Of a stretch of 64,000 nucleotides of DNA, positions 39,719 to 53,183 are shown piece by piece. The notes beneath the pieces were generated by a model that saw only the letters and a list, made by a program, of their open reading frames with translations, was not told the DNA's origin and searched no databases. The stretch is taken from assembly GCA_002633005.1 (NCBI GenBank), contig NMRA01000227.1, positions 568,219 to 632,218 of the forward strand, given 5' to 3'. Numbering within the stretch: the stretch's first letter is position 1; the number at the start of each line of letters is the position of its first letter. This stretch comes from Phoronis australis (lineage: Eukaryota > Animalia > Phoronida). Position numbers and translations under genes: made by a program.

Positions 39719-40755
39719 TTACGCAAAATAAAATTTCTCTATTTGAAATCCCTTAACAGCTTGCATTTTCCTTTAGCTATCAGACTCGGTTCACAAGCAC
39801 AGATTGGACTTTATGTCAAAGTGACTGCTCCTCACCTTCGCACACATGCTGTTTACCACATAGATACGAGTTGACGTGAGTCAGCTTTGAATACGTAAGT
39901 TTCCCTGCATTAAAATTATGTAATTCCGACTAAATGGAATAAATTCAGACAACTTATGCTTTGCAGTCCTGAATCTAGGCATAACAGGGTTACAGTTTCT
40001 CGGGGAAATTTCTTTGCCACAACTTCCTAATGTTTCATTTTTTACTGAACAATACTTTGCATCTTCGAGGACTTGGATATTGTAACACAAAATGCTCCGT
40101 TACACTGAATCAGTCCAAGGTCAACCTTTATAAAAATTTGTGACGTTAGTCTGTGTCCTTGAAGATAAGTCTTCCGTTCCAGTGAAAAAGACTGAAATTC
40201 TGTGGTCACACCATTTGTGTTCTTTTGAGACAGTTATCCAGCTATGCACCTCCGTAACCACGCAATTCGTGACCACTGTACAAAATCATAAGCGACTCTA
40301 ACTTCAGTGTCTTTCATGTTTTTTTCCAAAAGCCAGTGCTGAGCGAAAACAAGAGGATGGATCTCAACTCCCGCTTTCTGTGAAAGTAAGTTGAGTAGGT
40401 CAATTTACTCCCACCTCGTATAGATTTGTAAATCTTCCACACCCATGTTCTCTCCTAAACAGTCCCATTCTATCTGCATCACAACCTCCGCTAGCATCAC
40501 AGTCATAATCTTGGTACCAAGGTAACCCGTGTTAGTACGCCAGTTGCAGCTAAGTCTGCAAGTCTTCGTTGTTTTATTGGCAGTTTGCCATTGAGTTTCG
40601 AATTATCTCTGCAGACGTTTTTGACATCTCCTTCTGCCTGAAGGACTAATATATCAAACTGCATGCCGTAGACTGTTCTAAGGACCCTGAATTCAATTAA
40701 TAAAGAGGTAAATTAACCCAGCTCCCATCATGCCTATGATATTGTATTCACCCAT

Positions 40756-43083
40756 TTATCTCGTAGACATTTTCGTGGTACTGACGTTGCTGACAGACGT
40801 TTGAGACGATGTGAAGGACCTAAGTACCCGTTTGGTGCAAACAAACGCCACGAAGATGAAAACACCCTGTAAAGAATTCGTTGCGATGAAAAGATACCAA
40901 AGTGCTTCCACATTAACAAATGTTGCTAGGATACCAAAAATCCATGTGAGTCCCAGAAGACAAAACAGTTTAATGTAGATCTCCACGCTCATGTCACGTG
41001 ATCGATTCTTCATCACTTTCGAAAACTTCAAAGAGCGATGAATGACGACAGCTGACATCGTGAATAAAATGATATTGACAGAACAGATGACAATCAAAGG
41101 GACGACAAACCAGGCAAGCATAGCATCTCTTTGCGCAATCCAGCAAACGCCGTTCTGTTCGTATTGCGGAGACAAGGTGCCTATTTCTGAAACCTTTCCC
41201 AAAACAGCAATAGTGGCAACCAGCGTAAAAGGTAAGGCCCAAGCATAGACACAGCACACCACAAGCTCGCGCCTTTTCGTCTCTGTTGCTAAGGATACCA
41301 TCCAGAAGGTTTTCCATGTCGTAAATGCTACGGCGTTCATCCAGAAGAACACCGACAAGTACGCCCAATGGGTGAAGGCACCAACTAAGAAACACATCAT
41401 ATAATGGTCACTGGCAAATGGACGAACGAGATAAGACATACCCGCCAAAAATAACGTGAATACCAGACAAAATTGCAACTTTCCAGGGTGCGAATGGTAG
41501 AACCTGACAGGATATTGTAAAATTACTCTAATTAGTAAACACACCTCAGAAATTGTTAAACAAATTATAGTAACTAAGCCCATTTCATCAGACGGTGACA
41601 AAATGGAGTCTTGTTTGTCGCACATCAGCACGCTGCCATTCTCAGATATGAATTCACCCTCTAGGAAAACCTGCCCTGACTTCATTCGAATACTGCCATC
41701 AATCAAAGCGTCATAGGAATTGCTCTCAATTGGCACTAAAGTACACGTCGTCGAAGTGTTTTTGGTGAGGCATATTTGATCCTTGTTTGACTCGAGAGTT
41801 ACCATAACGTCATCCTCGTTTATGTCTTCGGCTAGTCTTACAGCCATTAGTGATTTGATGCTGCTCCTCATTTTGCGATATCTGATGTCTTCTGTGTCTG
41901 AATCACAGGCGTCTTGGTTACTCTCTGATAACTGGATCAAAAACGTATTTTCATTTAATGTAACCCAACACTTCTCCAGCGATCGATTAGAACAAAAACT
42001 AAAGTATAAAGGCACAACGTCATCACATAATTCACTTAGAGCTCTTTCAATCTGTTCTGTGAGTTCACGAGAATCGTTTCGAATGGCCACAGTTATATTG
42101 ACGTCAACAGCATATGAGCAATTTTGCTGTGTTACACGGGGTCTAGTTGTCGTAAATACATTTTTATCACCAAGGGAACGAATAATGGGCTCTCGGTCGC
42201 TTGTGTCCAGTAACAGGGAAAACGAAAATTTCCAAAGATTAGGTTTGTCGGCGGGCGCAGAATGCGGAGGAAGAAAGGGTATTTCGTGAACCTGCCATGC
42301 GCTAAGATTGTTGCAGAGTGCACAGAAGACGTTTTTGTAATAAAACTCCGTGTCATCATGAAAATTATAAAAAGAAACAAATTTCTGTCCGGCATGACAC
42401 ATTTTGTTCAGGGATTCATTTTTGCCATTTCCAGGACATCCAGATATGTGAGATATGCAATATCTGTTTGCAAATCCGTCGGGACTCTTCATTGAAAGCT
42501 TGCACCTTGGATCGTTGTGGCGTGTTTTCAGTTGTTCAAGAGTAGTAACAGGAGTCATGTCCCCTGTGTCCTTCAGACATTGAAGAGCAAACGTCCATGA
42601 GCGGTAATTCGATATACCGTTGCATCTGGCACAAAACATGTTTTTGTAATGCGCCCCGGTATCCAAATCCGTGACAGGAATTTGTTGACCAATCTCTTCA
42701 TTTGATGTACATTGCCTTTTGTTGCTCGGTTCCGCCTGTTCACCCGAACAACCAGAAACAAGAAGAGAATGCATGCCACCGGCTTCAAGGCAAGTGACCG
42801 TGACCGACGTGTTTCTCAAAATGTGATTGTACGCGCGTGCAACTGTGGGACAAACCTCTACGAAATCCATGCAGCAGTCTTGATACAGCGGACAGATGGA
42901 ATCACACGAACACATCATGGCTTCACTGTCATGCAGCCATCTTGGTCTGCTAACTGTATCGCCACATTTGTTATCACAAGAACCGAGAGCTGTGTCGCCT
43001 AGAACACGTGATCCCATGATTAGCGCCCAAACCAACCAGCTGTAAAGTCTGAAACGAAGATGCAAACTGTTTTTTTTTTTCAT
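40756..43083 (-). CDS. Intronless secretin/adhesion-class (Methuselah-like) GPCR with a somatomedin-B-like Cys-rich ectodomain
   Basis: 775-aa ORF: signal peptide, CSCDSICPLYQDCCMDF, two YKNxFCAxCN motifs, seven hydrophobic helices with FFWMNAVA, CWI, LGLTWIFG and NSLQGVFIF. Confidence 0.93.
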   Translation of the reverse strand: MKKKNSLHLRFRLYSWLVWALIMGSRVLGDTALGSCDNKCGDTVSRPRWLHDSEAMMCSCDSICPLYQDCCMDFVEVCPTVARAYNHILRNTSVTVTCLEAGGMHSLLVSGCSGEQAEPSNKRQCTSNEEIGQQIPVTDLDTGAHYKNMFCARCNGISNYRSWTFALQCLKDTGDMTPVTTLEQLKTRHNDPRCKLSMKSPDGFANRYCISHISGCPGNGKNESLNKMCHAGQKFVSFYNFHDDTEFYYKNVFCALCNNLSAWQVHEIPFLPPHSAPADKPNLWKFSFSLLLDTSDREPIIRSLGDKNVFTTTRPRVTQQNCSYAVDVNITVAIRNDSRELTEQIERALSELCDDVVPLYFSFCSNRSLEKCWVTLNENTFLIQLSESNQDACDSDTEDIRYRKMRSSIKSLMAVRLAEDINEDDVMVTLESNKDQICLTKNTSTTCTLVPIESNSYDALIDGSIRMKSGQVFLEGEFISENGSVLMCDKQDSILSPSDEMGLVTIICLTISEVCLLIRVILQYPVRFYHSHPGKLQFCLVFTLFLAGMSYLVRPFASDHYMMCFLVGAFTHWAYLSVFFWMNAVAFTTWKTFWMVSLATETKRRELVVCCVYAWALPFTLVATIAVLGKVSEIGTLSPQYEQNGVCWIAQRDAMLAWFVVPLIVICSVNIILFTMSAVVIHRSLKFSKVMKNRSRDMSVEIYIKLFCLLGLTWIFGILATFVNVEALWYLFIATNSLQGVFIFVAFVCTKRVLRSFTSSQTSVSNVSTTKMSTR

Positions 43084-44906
43084 TTTCCCAAGTTGACGCT
43101 ATGTTACGAATATAACGATATCTAAAATGCTTATTCAAGCGGGTTGTGGGAGCGCGTCAAGAGACAAGGAGGAGTTTAACTATTTTATTTCAGTCAGCGT
43201 TTTAATCTCAAGAGATGATGTTAACTCATCAGAATTCCAAAGAAATTATTCATATAAGACCAAAAAGCTACAATGAGGGTAGCCCCATAAGTTCTCACTG
43301 CTTTCCGTAGGCCTCCAGTAAAAACATACACAGACAGTAAGACAAACAAACAGTATTACAAAGTGAAAGACAAGATTTAAGTGATCAATGATGAATATGA
43401 AATTAGCATGAAAAACTGATGAAACAAAAAATAATAAAAAACAATAAATAGAAGATACCAAAAGTATGGCCTGTGGTAGCTTTGGAAAATGATGTGTCGA
43501 TTCTAGTTGAGTGGTGCAACAATGCATTTTTTTCAAAAACCATCTGATATCCGTTAAAAAGGTGCGGCAAAGTCTTTCTTGTTTTATATGCACTCACCTG
43601 TTTTATCCATTGTTGCAGAGACGCGAGTAGAGTCATGGTTACTTATATACATTAGTGTGAACTTTAATGTTGTTGCTAGAGTGAAAGTAACACATTGCAT
43701 TCTTAGTTAGGCTTTCTTACTTATAGACAGACATGCATTAAAGAACTTATCTCAACGGGTTAATCTATCCGTGCAAACACTTGTAAATATAAACCAATCA
43801 ATGTAAGCAATATATAACATGGATAGTGCTTTCCTGTGTTCTGTTATTAAACTATACAAGCACAAGCCTTTTCGTACACAGTTTTGTGCCTCAGCCAAAT
43901 CTCCAGTCTAGGGCCTATTTCCGTGGTCTGAGGACCTGTTGTCCGAAAAAACCTATTGATACCACATGGATGTAAAATCGTTGTTATATAAAACGATAGA
44001 GAACAGTAACAATATATACATGCGTAGAAACACACACTTAGCTAAGCAAATAAATAAACGAGTTGTTTTTCGAAAGGTAAACAGACCTGTTGTTAGTACG
44101 GTTTAAACTTTCATTTAACGGTAGAATAAACACTCAGAAATGTCACGTCTTTCCACAAAATATTGTAAAATGATTTAACACTAAAATATCACCTTGAAAT
44201 ACTCCTATCAGTGACAATAAGACTGGGGATGAAAAGGTGTCACAGGTCAGACTATTCCAAGCATTCAGCCATGTCCACGGGAAGGTGCGTATTGACCAGT
44301 GTAACAGACGGATTTCTTGATTAATTTTGCAAAGAAATCGCTGGTTGTCCAGAACCAAATCTCAAAAAACTCGTTCGATAATTCCATTATAAACAAAAAC
44401 GATCACTGGACCAAAACTCTGACTAGCAGACAAAACGCAGTGTAAGTTATAGCAGCCAGTCCCGCGAAATCTCGGGGTAGCAAGCTCTAAGTCTAACACA
44501 AGAATGCATGGGTCAGGACCGGCAGTTGGCATTCCACTTCTACAGTTCACGGCACAAAATAAACATTTTGATCGGTTGTTTCGCACATGCGCCTTAGCTT
44601 TCACGGGTTAGGCCAGAGACCGTAGAGATCTAAAAGATAATTATATTTACTATTATTTACTAATTTTATTATTGTTTTTTTATCATATATTTGATATTCT
44701 TGATTATTTATTATTGTTTATTTGCTATTACTTATTTAAATTATTTCTTGTGATCCCATACAGTCAACATCCTGGCTGTCGTTGATCAATAATCTGTATA
44801 ATATGATCATGATATGTACTTCAGTGCATAATAACTATTATGTTTATGGTTTGGTAACCTACTTGATTATTTGCCATAGGAAGTGGTGAAGGAAGTGTTC
44901 TTTTAA

Positions 44907-45101
44907 AGGCACATTTAGCCATACATCTGTGGACACTTCGGTGGTATGTGTATTACCTTGGAAACTTGTAAAACTTCAGTGACGATGTTGTTTGTTTAGA
45001 TTTTTGTTTTGACATGGGTTTTAAAACATCAAGTCAAGAAATAAGGCGTCGTTATGTTATTTACTATGAAGTTGGCCTGCCAACGCAGGCTGAATATGCC
45101 T
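44907..45101. mobile_element. 195-bp MITE with TTAA TSD (Kolobok-like ends)
   Basis: ttaa|aggcacatttagcc ... ggctgaatatgcct|ttaa. Confidence 0.65.
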
Positions 45102-45152
45102 TTAACTAACTGCTGATAGTTGATTTAAAAATGTGAGTGATTTATGAGAGCT

Positions 45153-45417
45153 NNNNNNNNNNNNNNNNNNNNNNNNNNNNNNNNNNNNNNNNNNNNNNNN
45201 NNNNNNNNNNNNNNNNNNNNNNNNNNNNNNNNNNNNNNNNNNNNNNNNNNNNNNNNNNNNNNNNNNNNNNNNNNNNNNNNNNNNNNNNNNNNNNNNNNNN
45301 NNNNNNNNNNNNNNNNNNNNNNNNNNNNNNNNNNNNNNNNNNNNNNNNNNNNNNNNNNNNNNNNNNNNNNNNNNNNNNNNNNNNNNNNNNNNNNNNNNNN
45401 NNNNNNNNNNNNNNNNN
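45153..45417. other. Assembly gap
   Basis: Run of N. Confidence 1.
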
Positions 45418-48351
45418 AAAAGATTTACCAACTCAGTTGAGTACAGGCAGATCCAGGGTGGCAGGTTAAAGGGGTCTGGACCCCCCATTTTCCTTGATTG
45501 TAGTGATATCAATGCTAGAATTTTCAAATTGTTGACTTGGGCCACCTTTCTTAAAAATCATTATCCGACCCCCCCTTTAAAAAATCCTGGATATGACCCT
45601 GTTGGGTCGATATTTGGGACAGTTTCATGTAAATGGGCAGACACAAATGCTTGAATCTAGAACGTCTTTAAGATCTGAATTTTCGAAAGAAAGATCTACT
45701 AATTTCTCCATTTTATTTTAAAACAAAGTTTGTGTGTTAAAAGCTTACATAATTAATTGTTAATTAATTGATATTAACACCTGGAATATTGGGGGAAGAA
45801 AGCTATCTCTGCCCCCAACCTTTCAATTGGTTGAGGGGCAGCCCCCTCTCCTATCTCTTCTTCAGCAGATCCATTTGATGTTTATTACATTCCTGACCCC
45901 CCCTGGACAAAATCCTACAGGTTCGGTACCTGCACATTCTCCAATAACCTACTTTCATCAGCTCAGCTCTTATTACTGAGTCTCCCTCTTGCTTATGATT
46001 TATTTCTCGTAATTTATATTACCTTTGCTGCCCAATTTTTTTCTTGGTTTACTCTATATTTTGCCTATGTGTATTTTTCCATTACAGTGCTCGTGTTTTT
46101 TGTTTTCAATATTTTAAACAAAGACACTTCACTGACAATTTGGAATTTGGCAAACTAAGATCGGCCATAGTGAATGCCTTGCGTACTTCGTTGACCCACA
46201 CACACACGCTAGATGTCGCCACGGTCCATGACACAATAATGGCGGCGGCCTTGGTGAATAGTCTTGTTAGCGTCTTTGGTTAGGCACATGCGTGCGCCAT
46301 CTGTAGATAAAGAGTGACACGAAAGTTCGGTCAAAAAGCATATTTGGTTCTGAACTGCTTCCGCCTCCTTTTTGAACATAAACTGCGCACGCCCGCATAA
46401 TTTTTGCCAAAACTATAAATTATCTCAGTTTCAAAAGCCGTTCAAGTGCTTCCATGTAAAGTTTTAACCGTAGTGGCTCATCCACTCAACTATAATCACT
46501 GCCTTAATGACCTCATATATGGATAGACTAGAGAATCAATTTTAATCAATCGCAATGTATCTGTACGACCCACAGTTGCCATATATGCAGACTTCTTCTC
46601 TGTGGTATTTCAGTGTCAGCTATTGTCGGCAACTACCGAAATGGTAGCTTGCCTACTTGCCACGAAAAATCTAACGGAAACGGTGAAATCTAACTCTATC
46701 CCATCATTCAACATTTCAACTTCACCGACTAATCACTTCAGTGGCCATCATTTTCCTTAGATAAGCTAGTAAATTCTCGCGGATACTTTCGAGGTGGCAC
46801 TCAATATTCATTTTTTTGAGACACGGCTCAGTTTTCCTCTCGCTTCAGTTTGCCTCCTCTCGCTTCAGTTTGTCTCCGGCTTCAGTTGTCCTGTGCTGTA
46901 TGCGAAGAGAACGAATGGCATTTGCTAGATGTTTGAGTCTGTTCTGAGTGAAAGATTGTCAAGTGTTGACCCCTTGGCCCACTTTTTGTTCAGCCGTGCC
47001 TATTCTTAAACCTTCACTGCTCATGGATGCGGAAGTTGAAACCTAGCAGGAAATTCAGGTACCCTTCAGCCGGACTCTTTGGAGTTGTGAAAATCTGGCT
47101 GGTCCGTCGACATCCACTTTTCACCCGGAATCTGAAAATTTTATCAGTCAGAACGCACTGACTGTCTCTTAGTTCTTAGTAATCGCATGCAGTGGTGGCC
47201 TTGGAGCGAAAACTACAGCCGGATTCAGCATATAATTATTTGTTCGTTTTTTCAAGTAGCCGGCTGCACTTCCGGTAGTCGTAAAGGGTGGAAAAATTAA
47301 GTTTGAACTCAATTTCAAAAGACTATGTGCAAGGTTTTTGAAGTTATTGGTCCACTATACTCTTCAAATTTTCAGGTTTTATACATCCTGTGGAACGGAC
47401 TGTTGGAGCTAACTCGACCTGATTTTTCAAGAACTGTCAGCAAAAACTGTTCAGTGCCACCTGAATAATTGGCCTTTCACTAGCGTGATTTCATAAGATT
47501 TTCGGGATCTCACTTTTCTCGCAAGAAATGTGGTTGACCGAACGATAATCTGTTGTAGTACGCTTGCATGGGACTTAAGCCACAGTTGCTTTGCACTTGT
47601 GGAACTTGACAACCAACGGAAACTATGCTGGGGCGTAGCCTAAATGGGTTTGTCTCGGGATTATCCATTTCTTTCACGATACGAATTCAAGAAGGTCTAT
47701 TGAAACTCCATTAATTTGTGCGTCCCATGCTTAAAAATTCTTGTCAAATCGATTAGGCATGAACATAATACCAAAAAGACGAACAACTGGGGATATAGAT
47801 TTTGAGAGAAAACTGATATTGAAAACGAGTCTTTGCTTTTGTTCTGCATTTATTATTTTCATAAAAATGTCGTTTAGTTTAGTGACAGGTACTTAAAGAT
47901 AGGTCAAAATTGAAGGAGTATAATGTACGCTTACACGTAACAATTATCTATCACGTTCACATCCTACAGGTAAGCAGTGATCACCAATGCTACCAACTAT
48001 ACAGTTAAAAAAACAAGACAGATTCATAAACCACAAGTGACCTTATCGCATGTCATGACCTACGTTAGTCGTGTCCCTACCTAATTTAAATAAAGATATG
48101 AACAACTTAGTGTATATGAGGGCTTAACAACGTCATAAGTTACACTGGTATGCAGCTGTTGTATGTCCTCACGAGATGACTTGTTTAAAGAACTCGTAAT
48201 AATCATTTGTGAAATACAACGTATAACCAACGAAACGAATAATAATAAGCGTGATTGTCGTATGGAAATGAATTACAAAAACGCATGTAATATAAGTCGA
48301 TGTTTTAGTTTGTTTATAATTTCAAAAGAAAAATTGAATTTCCAGCGATAT

Positions 48352-49485
48352 TTACGTGCCATTGTTATTGTTCGCCTTGACGAACTTTGAGTGACTATGA
48401 GAAAGGGAGTTGAGCGACGAGATAGACACCATCTGCACGGCTCCTTTCTCTCCCATGGGGTTGTTGCTGATGGAGTTATCGGTAGATCCCAAATCTGAGC
48501 GGCTTCCTGCGTTACCATTCGAGTTTGTCTTTCTCTTCTTACATGCACAACTTATGGTCAACACATTGGCTACAAAAATAAACAAGCCTTGAAGGCTCAA
48601 GAATCCTATAAAGATGTATTCGATGAAATCTTGAGGAAAAAATCCATACAGTACTGCGAGACCCCAGGTGACTGCGTTGAAAATAAGAAGGACGGTAAAT
48701 GTGACGATTCCTCGCTCGCGTCCAGTTTTGGCTGCGGTGATGTTGTGCTTAAGGCTAGTATTCAGTTTTTTTACCGAATAGATGTAAATAAATGTATTGA
48801 GGAAAAGAACAACTGCCAGTGGGGCGCAGATAAAAGTGGACACAAAATATGGATTCGTCATGTCAATACCACACGTCCAATAATTTGGTTTGAATAGGTC
48901 AAAATTAGCGCTCCATGTACGGTCTTTATCAAAGTAGAAGATAATAGGTATTCCAACAATGAAGGACGGAATTGCAGTGGCGTAAAACGCATACATGACG
49001 TACGCTGTCAATTCTTTCATCTGACCGAAGAAACTGTAGGAAAACGCTCTCATTGTATCCAAGGCAATAACGTTTAACCATAGAAATGATACTAAAAAAC
49101 CCCATTGACTTGCAATGCCTACTGCAAAGCAGGGCCAATGATATGACGATAGGTACTTTCCAGCCAGATATCCTCCTTGGCCAATAAACATGGCACCGAC
49201 CAGAGAGAACTGCTGCCAGCCATAAGACCTCCGGTACACGGGCACACAGCCTTGGATTAACAGCCTCACAAAGAGGCACACAATTGACAGTCCCACAGAG
49301 CACGTGATTATCAGTCCTTTAACTGTATTTAGATATGGCGGCACATCAGGTCCAAACAACCCCCTGAAGGTTTTATTGCTGTTCTCACTTTCGGAGGTTT
49401 TGCTTCCCGTCGACACATTTCCCACGACAATTCCGCTGGTGCTGCAAACTAGACAAAGTACGACTGTACGTAGCATCAAGCTCAT
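48352..49485 (-). CDS. Intronless Methuselah-like/adhesion-class GPCR with a very short ectodomain
   Basis: ATG at 49485 (MSLMLRTVVLCLVC signal-like), seven TM helices with FLWLNVIA, VTWGL and LSLQGLFIF; paralogous to 40756-43083. Confidence 0.9.
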   Translation of the reverse strand: MSLMLRTVVLCLVCSTSGIVVGNVSTGSKTSESENSNKTFRGLFGPDVPPYLNTVKGLIITCSVGLSIVCLFVRLLIQGCVPVYRRSYGWQQFSLVGAMFIGQGGYLAGKYLSSYHWPCFAVGIASQWGFLVSFLWLNVIALDTMRAFSYSFFGQMKELTAYVMYAFYATAIPSFIVGIPIIFYFDKDRTWSANFDLFKPNYWTCGIDMTNPYFVSTFICAPLAVVLFLNTFIYIYSVKKLNTSLKHNITAAKTGRERGIVTFTVLLIFNAVTWGLAVLYGFFPQDFIEYIFIGFLSLQGLFIFVANVLTISCACKKRKTNSNGNAGSRSDLGSTDNSISNNPMGEKGAVQMVSISSLNSLSHSHSKFVKANNNNGT

Positions 49486-51639
49486 CTTGTGATCAATGAA
49501 TTTGTCTTGGTACGACCTTGGAGAATTCTCGACAATATCCAATATCAAAGATCCTGTTGGTACTAATATCAAGTGTCCTAATCGTTTACGGAATTTCAGA
49601 TTACCCTGCTACTGGTACCTAGGTAACTGGACGGTCTCACGGAGTAGGTACTTTACTTGCTCTCAGCTCTGTTAGGTAATGCACACAGCGACAGAATAGT
49701 CCACAATATACACAGGTAGATAAACGTCTGTGAACTTTCTTGGTTATGATTCAATCCTTTCAATAGCAAGCCAGACCATTGTTATGTTTGAATAGCTTTT
49801 CTAACTACGATGAAGTAACTATCCTAAGGTATATATATAGTCGTGACCGCTTCTTCCACTTTTGCAATGTCGACCTACTGAAGCGAAAGACATTGACCTC
49901 AGTGGAAAGTGTAGTTGTCAGTAAAACGTACTAAAGTCAAAATAGCGTGGACCCGCATGCTTGTTATTATTTCCTGTTATATACACAAAGGTGTCTCAAT
50001 TGCTCATACGAAACACAACGCCATTCACTAGCCACACCCGCCATTTCTGCACTACGTAGTCTTGTTGTTATTTTGTGTTGCCGTTTACTCTAAAAATAAT
50101 TGTCTAAGTTATAACTCATAAAAATAACCATTAAGATTATGCAGGATCTCATCAACAACTCTGTCCATTTAGCCAAATGTCTACAACGGTGTATTGTCCG
50201 AAAGTACAAATTCAGTACAATTTGTTTTTGTAATGTTTTACCAATCTGCCACTAATTAGGTCAAGTGACTATGCTTGGTTTTACAAAAACAGTAAAAAAA
50301 AAGAAAGTAATGTCCTTAGAAAAACAACAGGATCAATAACGTGACCAAATTTTGTATGATATAAATGCTCAAGATAAAATATCAGTTTTGTAACATATTG
50401 TTTTTGTTTATTCAACTTAAAATGTCCATAAAAACTCTAAAAGTCCTATATTTGACAGCCACTCATGCAAAAATGAAAGTTTTTAAAACAAATCCTTACA
50501 GCGACATGGAGAACAGTGAATAAAACATTTCATATGAAAATTTCATACTCTGAGTTGGACAAATTTGGACGAGGGCCCTGCATAACCTTACAATTTTATT
50601 TATCCTGCATACCCATACTACATACATGGTCTTTGAGAAGACGGGGCCAGATTACTGCATACAAGCAGGAAGAGACTCTTCCTGATACAAGGAGCCAGAG
50701 CAACTGTGAAATCCCTCTAGGGGGAGTAAGTAGCGAACTATACTTTTGGCTGGGAGTAAGAGATTACGCACAATTAAAAGGCACGAATTTATTGGGATCT
50801 TCTATGAAAAATCATATTTTTGTAGAGAAACTTTCTCCGTAAAATATCTATCATTTTAGAAAAAAACGGTTATCGTTCAATTAGTCTACAAATCCTCAAA
50901 TATATGGGCCAAAATGGGAGGATTCATTGCTGAGTCGACTTTGGCGTGACATTCGTCTGCAAAGTCAAGTTACTCGACTAGTGATTGGTCTAAACGGCTA
51001 ATTGCATTTCAACTTAACTAAACACAAAAATCCATAAGTAGGATAGGATTTGTATTTTCACAATATGCTAGACCCCCATGTCGACCTCAACAGTTGTTTT
51101 GATCATAAACAGGAGTTTTGATTTGCGTCAGCACCTGACTACACTGTGAGGGCCTCGAGCTTGCGGTAATTTCTATGCCCCGGTTGGCCCACATGGATGC
51201 TAAGTAATGCGCTGTACCCCTGTAAAACAATACATTAAAATTGAACTACTAAAAAGCCTTCGGACTGTATTATTTACTAACACTTTCTGTTACATTGACT
51301 ACAGACCCTTTTGTAAAGCCTCCAACGCGTACGAGAAGTGAACCCTTCAATAGGCAATTTAATAGAAGATGCAATCTTTAGAAGAAACAGAACACATGTC
51401 TACAGTAGAATAGAACGGAATAAAGAACCTTTATTTCAGAAAGTACTGACGTTCATATCAAAGATACAATAATAAAATATTCTAATCAAGGGTCTGTCGC
51501 CTCTGACATTTAATAAAATCTAGACTCTATAAAACATAGACACAGAAACGATGTGTCTTTGAAAACAAAAGTACACAACTGGGATTACAACTTTGTATAG
51601 AAAAGTTGAGGCAGGGTACACGTTTTTTGTGACCCCTGA

Positions 51640-51799
51640 CAGAGGCGGATCCAGGATTTTGAGTTAGGGGGGCCAGGGCAGAGTATTAGCCAGGATTTTG
51701 CCGTTAGACATTCGCAGACCCGAACTGCCAAATGAAATGTGGGAGAATTTTAGGGGGGGGGGGCATGGCTTCCTTGGCCCCCCTCTAAATCCGCCACTG
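51640..51799 (+). mobile_element. 160-bp MITE, same family as 26669-26827
   Basis: cagaggcggatccaggattttgagtt...ctaaatccgccactg. Confidence 0.8.
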
Positions 51800-52922
51800 C
51801 ATTTGCGAAAATATTTCATAAAATAAAAAGTTTGAAAACTATCAATGTGGGCTTACGTGGGGAATTTAAACCGGGTTTCGCCTTCATGGGTGACGTCATG
51901 CCGCAGCTCAGAGAGTGAAATCATTAAGATACCCGGGTGGAAAAATGAAATTAATTCGGGGATCTTCGGCTTTCTAGTTCGGCTGATATCAATTACAAAC
52001 AATGCGCGTATCAGAGAATATTAGAAGAAAAAATAAATCCACGGCTTTTCAGGTGTCTATGTTCTAGCTAACTAGCTATCTAGCTTAGTCTTTGTAAAGC
52101 ATGAAGCCGTTTGTCTGGGCGAAACTCGAGGCAAGAACTAGGCAAAAGTCGACTTTCAGAGTCGTTTACTTTATACACTAAAACTAGATTAACTGCCCAT
52201 TAAACCACATGAGTTATGTTATAAGGTCGGGGCGATACAGATTTTTGAAATTCGATTCGATTCTTTTTAGAACGATTTCGATTATTTTCGATTGAATACA
52301 TGGTGGTCAAAATAATTCATTTTTTCTCAAATATAAGTACTTAACTTACCACTCGTACCAATTCAGCAGCGTCAGCACGAAAAAACAACAATTTCAACAA
52401 TGTCAATTTTTATTTCTTTTCATTTTAATTTTTTCATCAGACGAAAATGAGTGTCAACATTTCCTGCTGACAACTCTGCTCGTTGAGCACGCGCTATATT
52501 CCCTGTTGTGGAAATTTAGCCAAAGATTCCAACTAATGAACGATTCCGAGCTGTTTCATTGTTCAATATCTCAATAATACTATTTAAAAGATACAAATAA
52601 GTAAAACACTCAGCGGCAAAAATTGGAAATGAGTGTTACACGAGTCCGCGGAGTAAAAGCTCGATATTGAAGTCAAATATATACACAACCTTGTATTCTT
52701 TTAATCTTATAAATCATTCTTCTTTATATCGCGAGCCCCCACTTATTTCAATGCTGTGCCGCCCATGGCGGCAGGGTGGCACATCATAGATCGAGGGCTG
52801 GGAGGGGCTATAGCCCCCCACTTTTTCAGTGCTGCGCCGCCCATGTACTGAATAGAGACTTGGACAACATCCTCGTCTGGAGTCGCCTTCGCAGCACTTA
52901 ATTCCAAGACAATGCAACACAT

Positions 52923-53183
52923 CATGCGCGCACCCGGGGGGGGGGGGCGGGGCGCTCGGAGAGCTCGTTCGAGCCGGCCCCGGTCCCATTTGGCGAAGTG
53001 GGTAAAAAGGTCCGTCTCAGAGAAACAAAAAGACCGAGAAAACAGTCCACTAAGAATACGCAGACGCACAGTTCACAGACCTGAATGTGGTACCCTGTTT
53101 TTTTAGTCCTCCCGCTTTTTGTTAAAGGACCACTTTGTCAGACGGATTCGAGTCCCCCGTATTAAAGGCTGGGTGTGCGCATG
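52923..53183. mobile_element. 260-bp MITE with CATGCGCGCACCC TIRs and 5-bp TSD cacat (fragments at ~20751-20890 and ~25237-25300)
   Basis: cacat|catgcgcgcaccc ... gggtgtgcgcatg|cacat. Confidence 0.85.

Noticed and set aside
41783-42289. 168-aa + strand ORF and other ORFs overlapping the GPCRs
   Set aside because: Antisense or alternative-frame shadows of real coding sequence
45102-45545. ORFs spanning the N run
   Set aside because: Artefacts of the assembly gap
49486-49572. N-terminal extension of the second GPCR from a TTG start
   Set aside because: Eukaryotic gene; the ATG at 49485 directly precedes a signal-peptide-like segment
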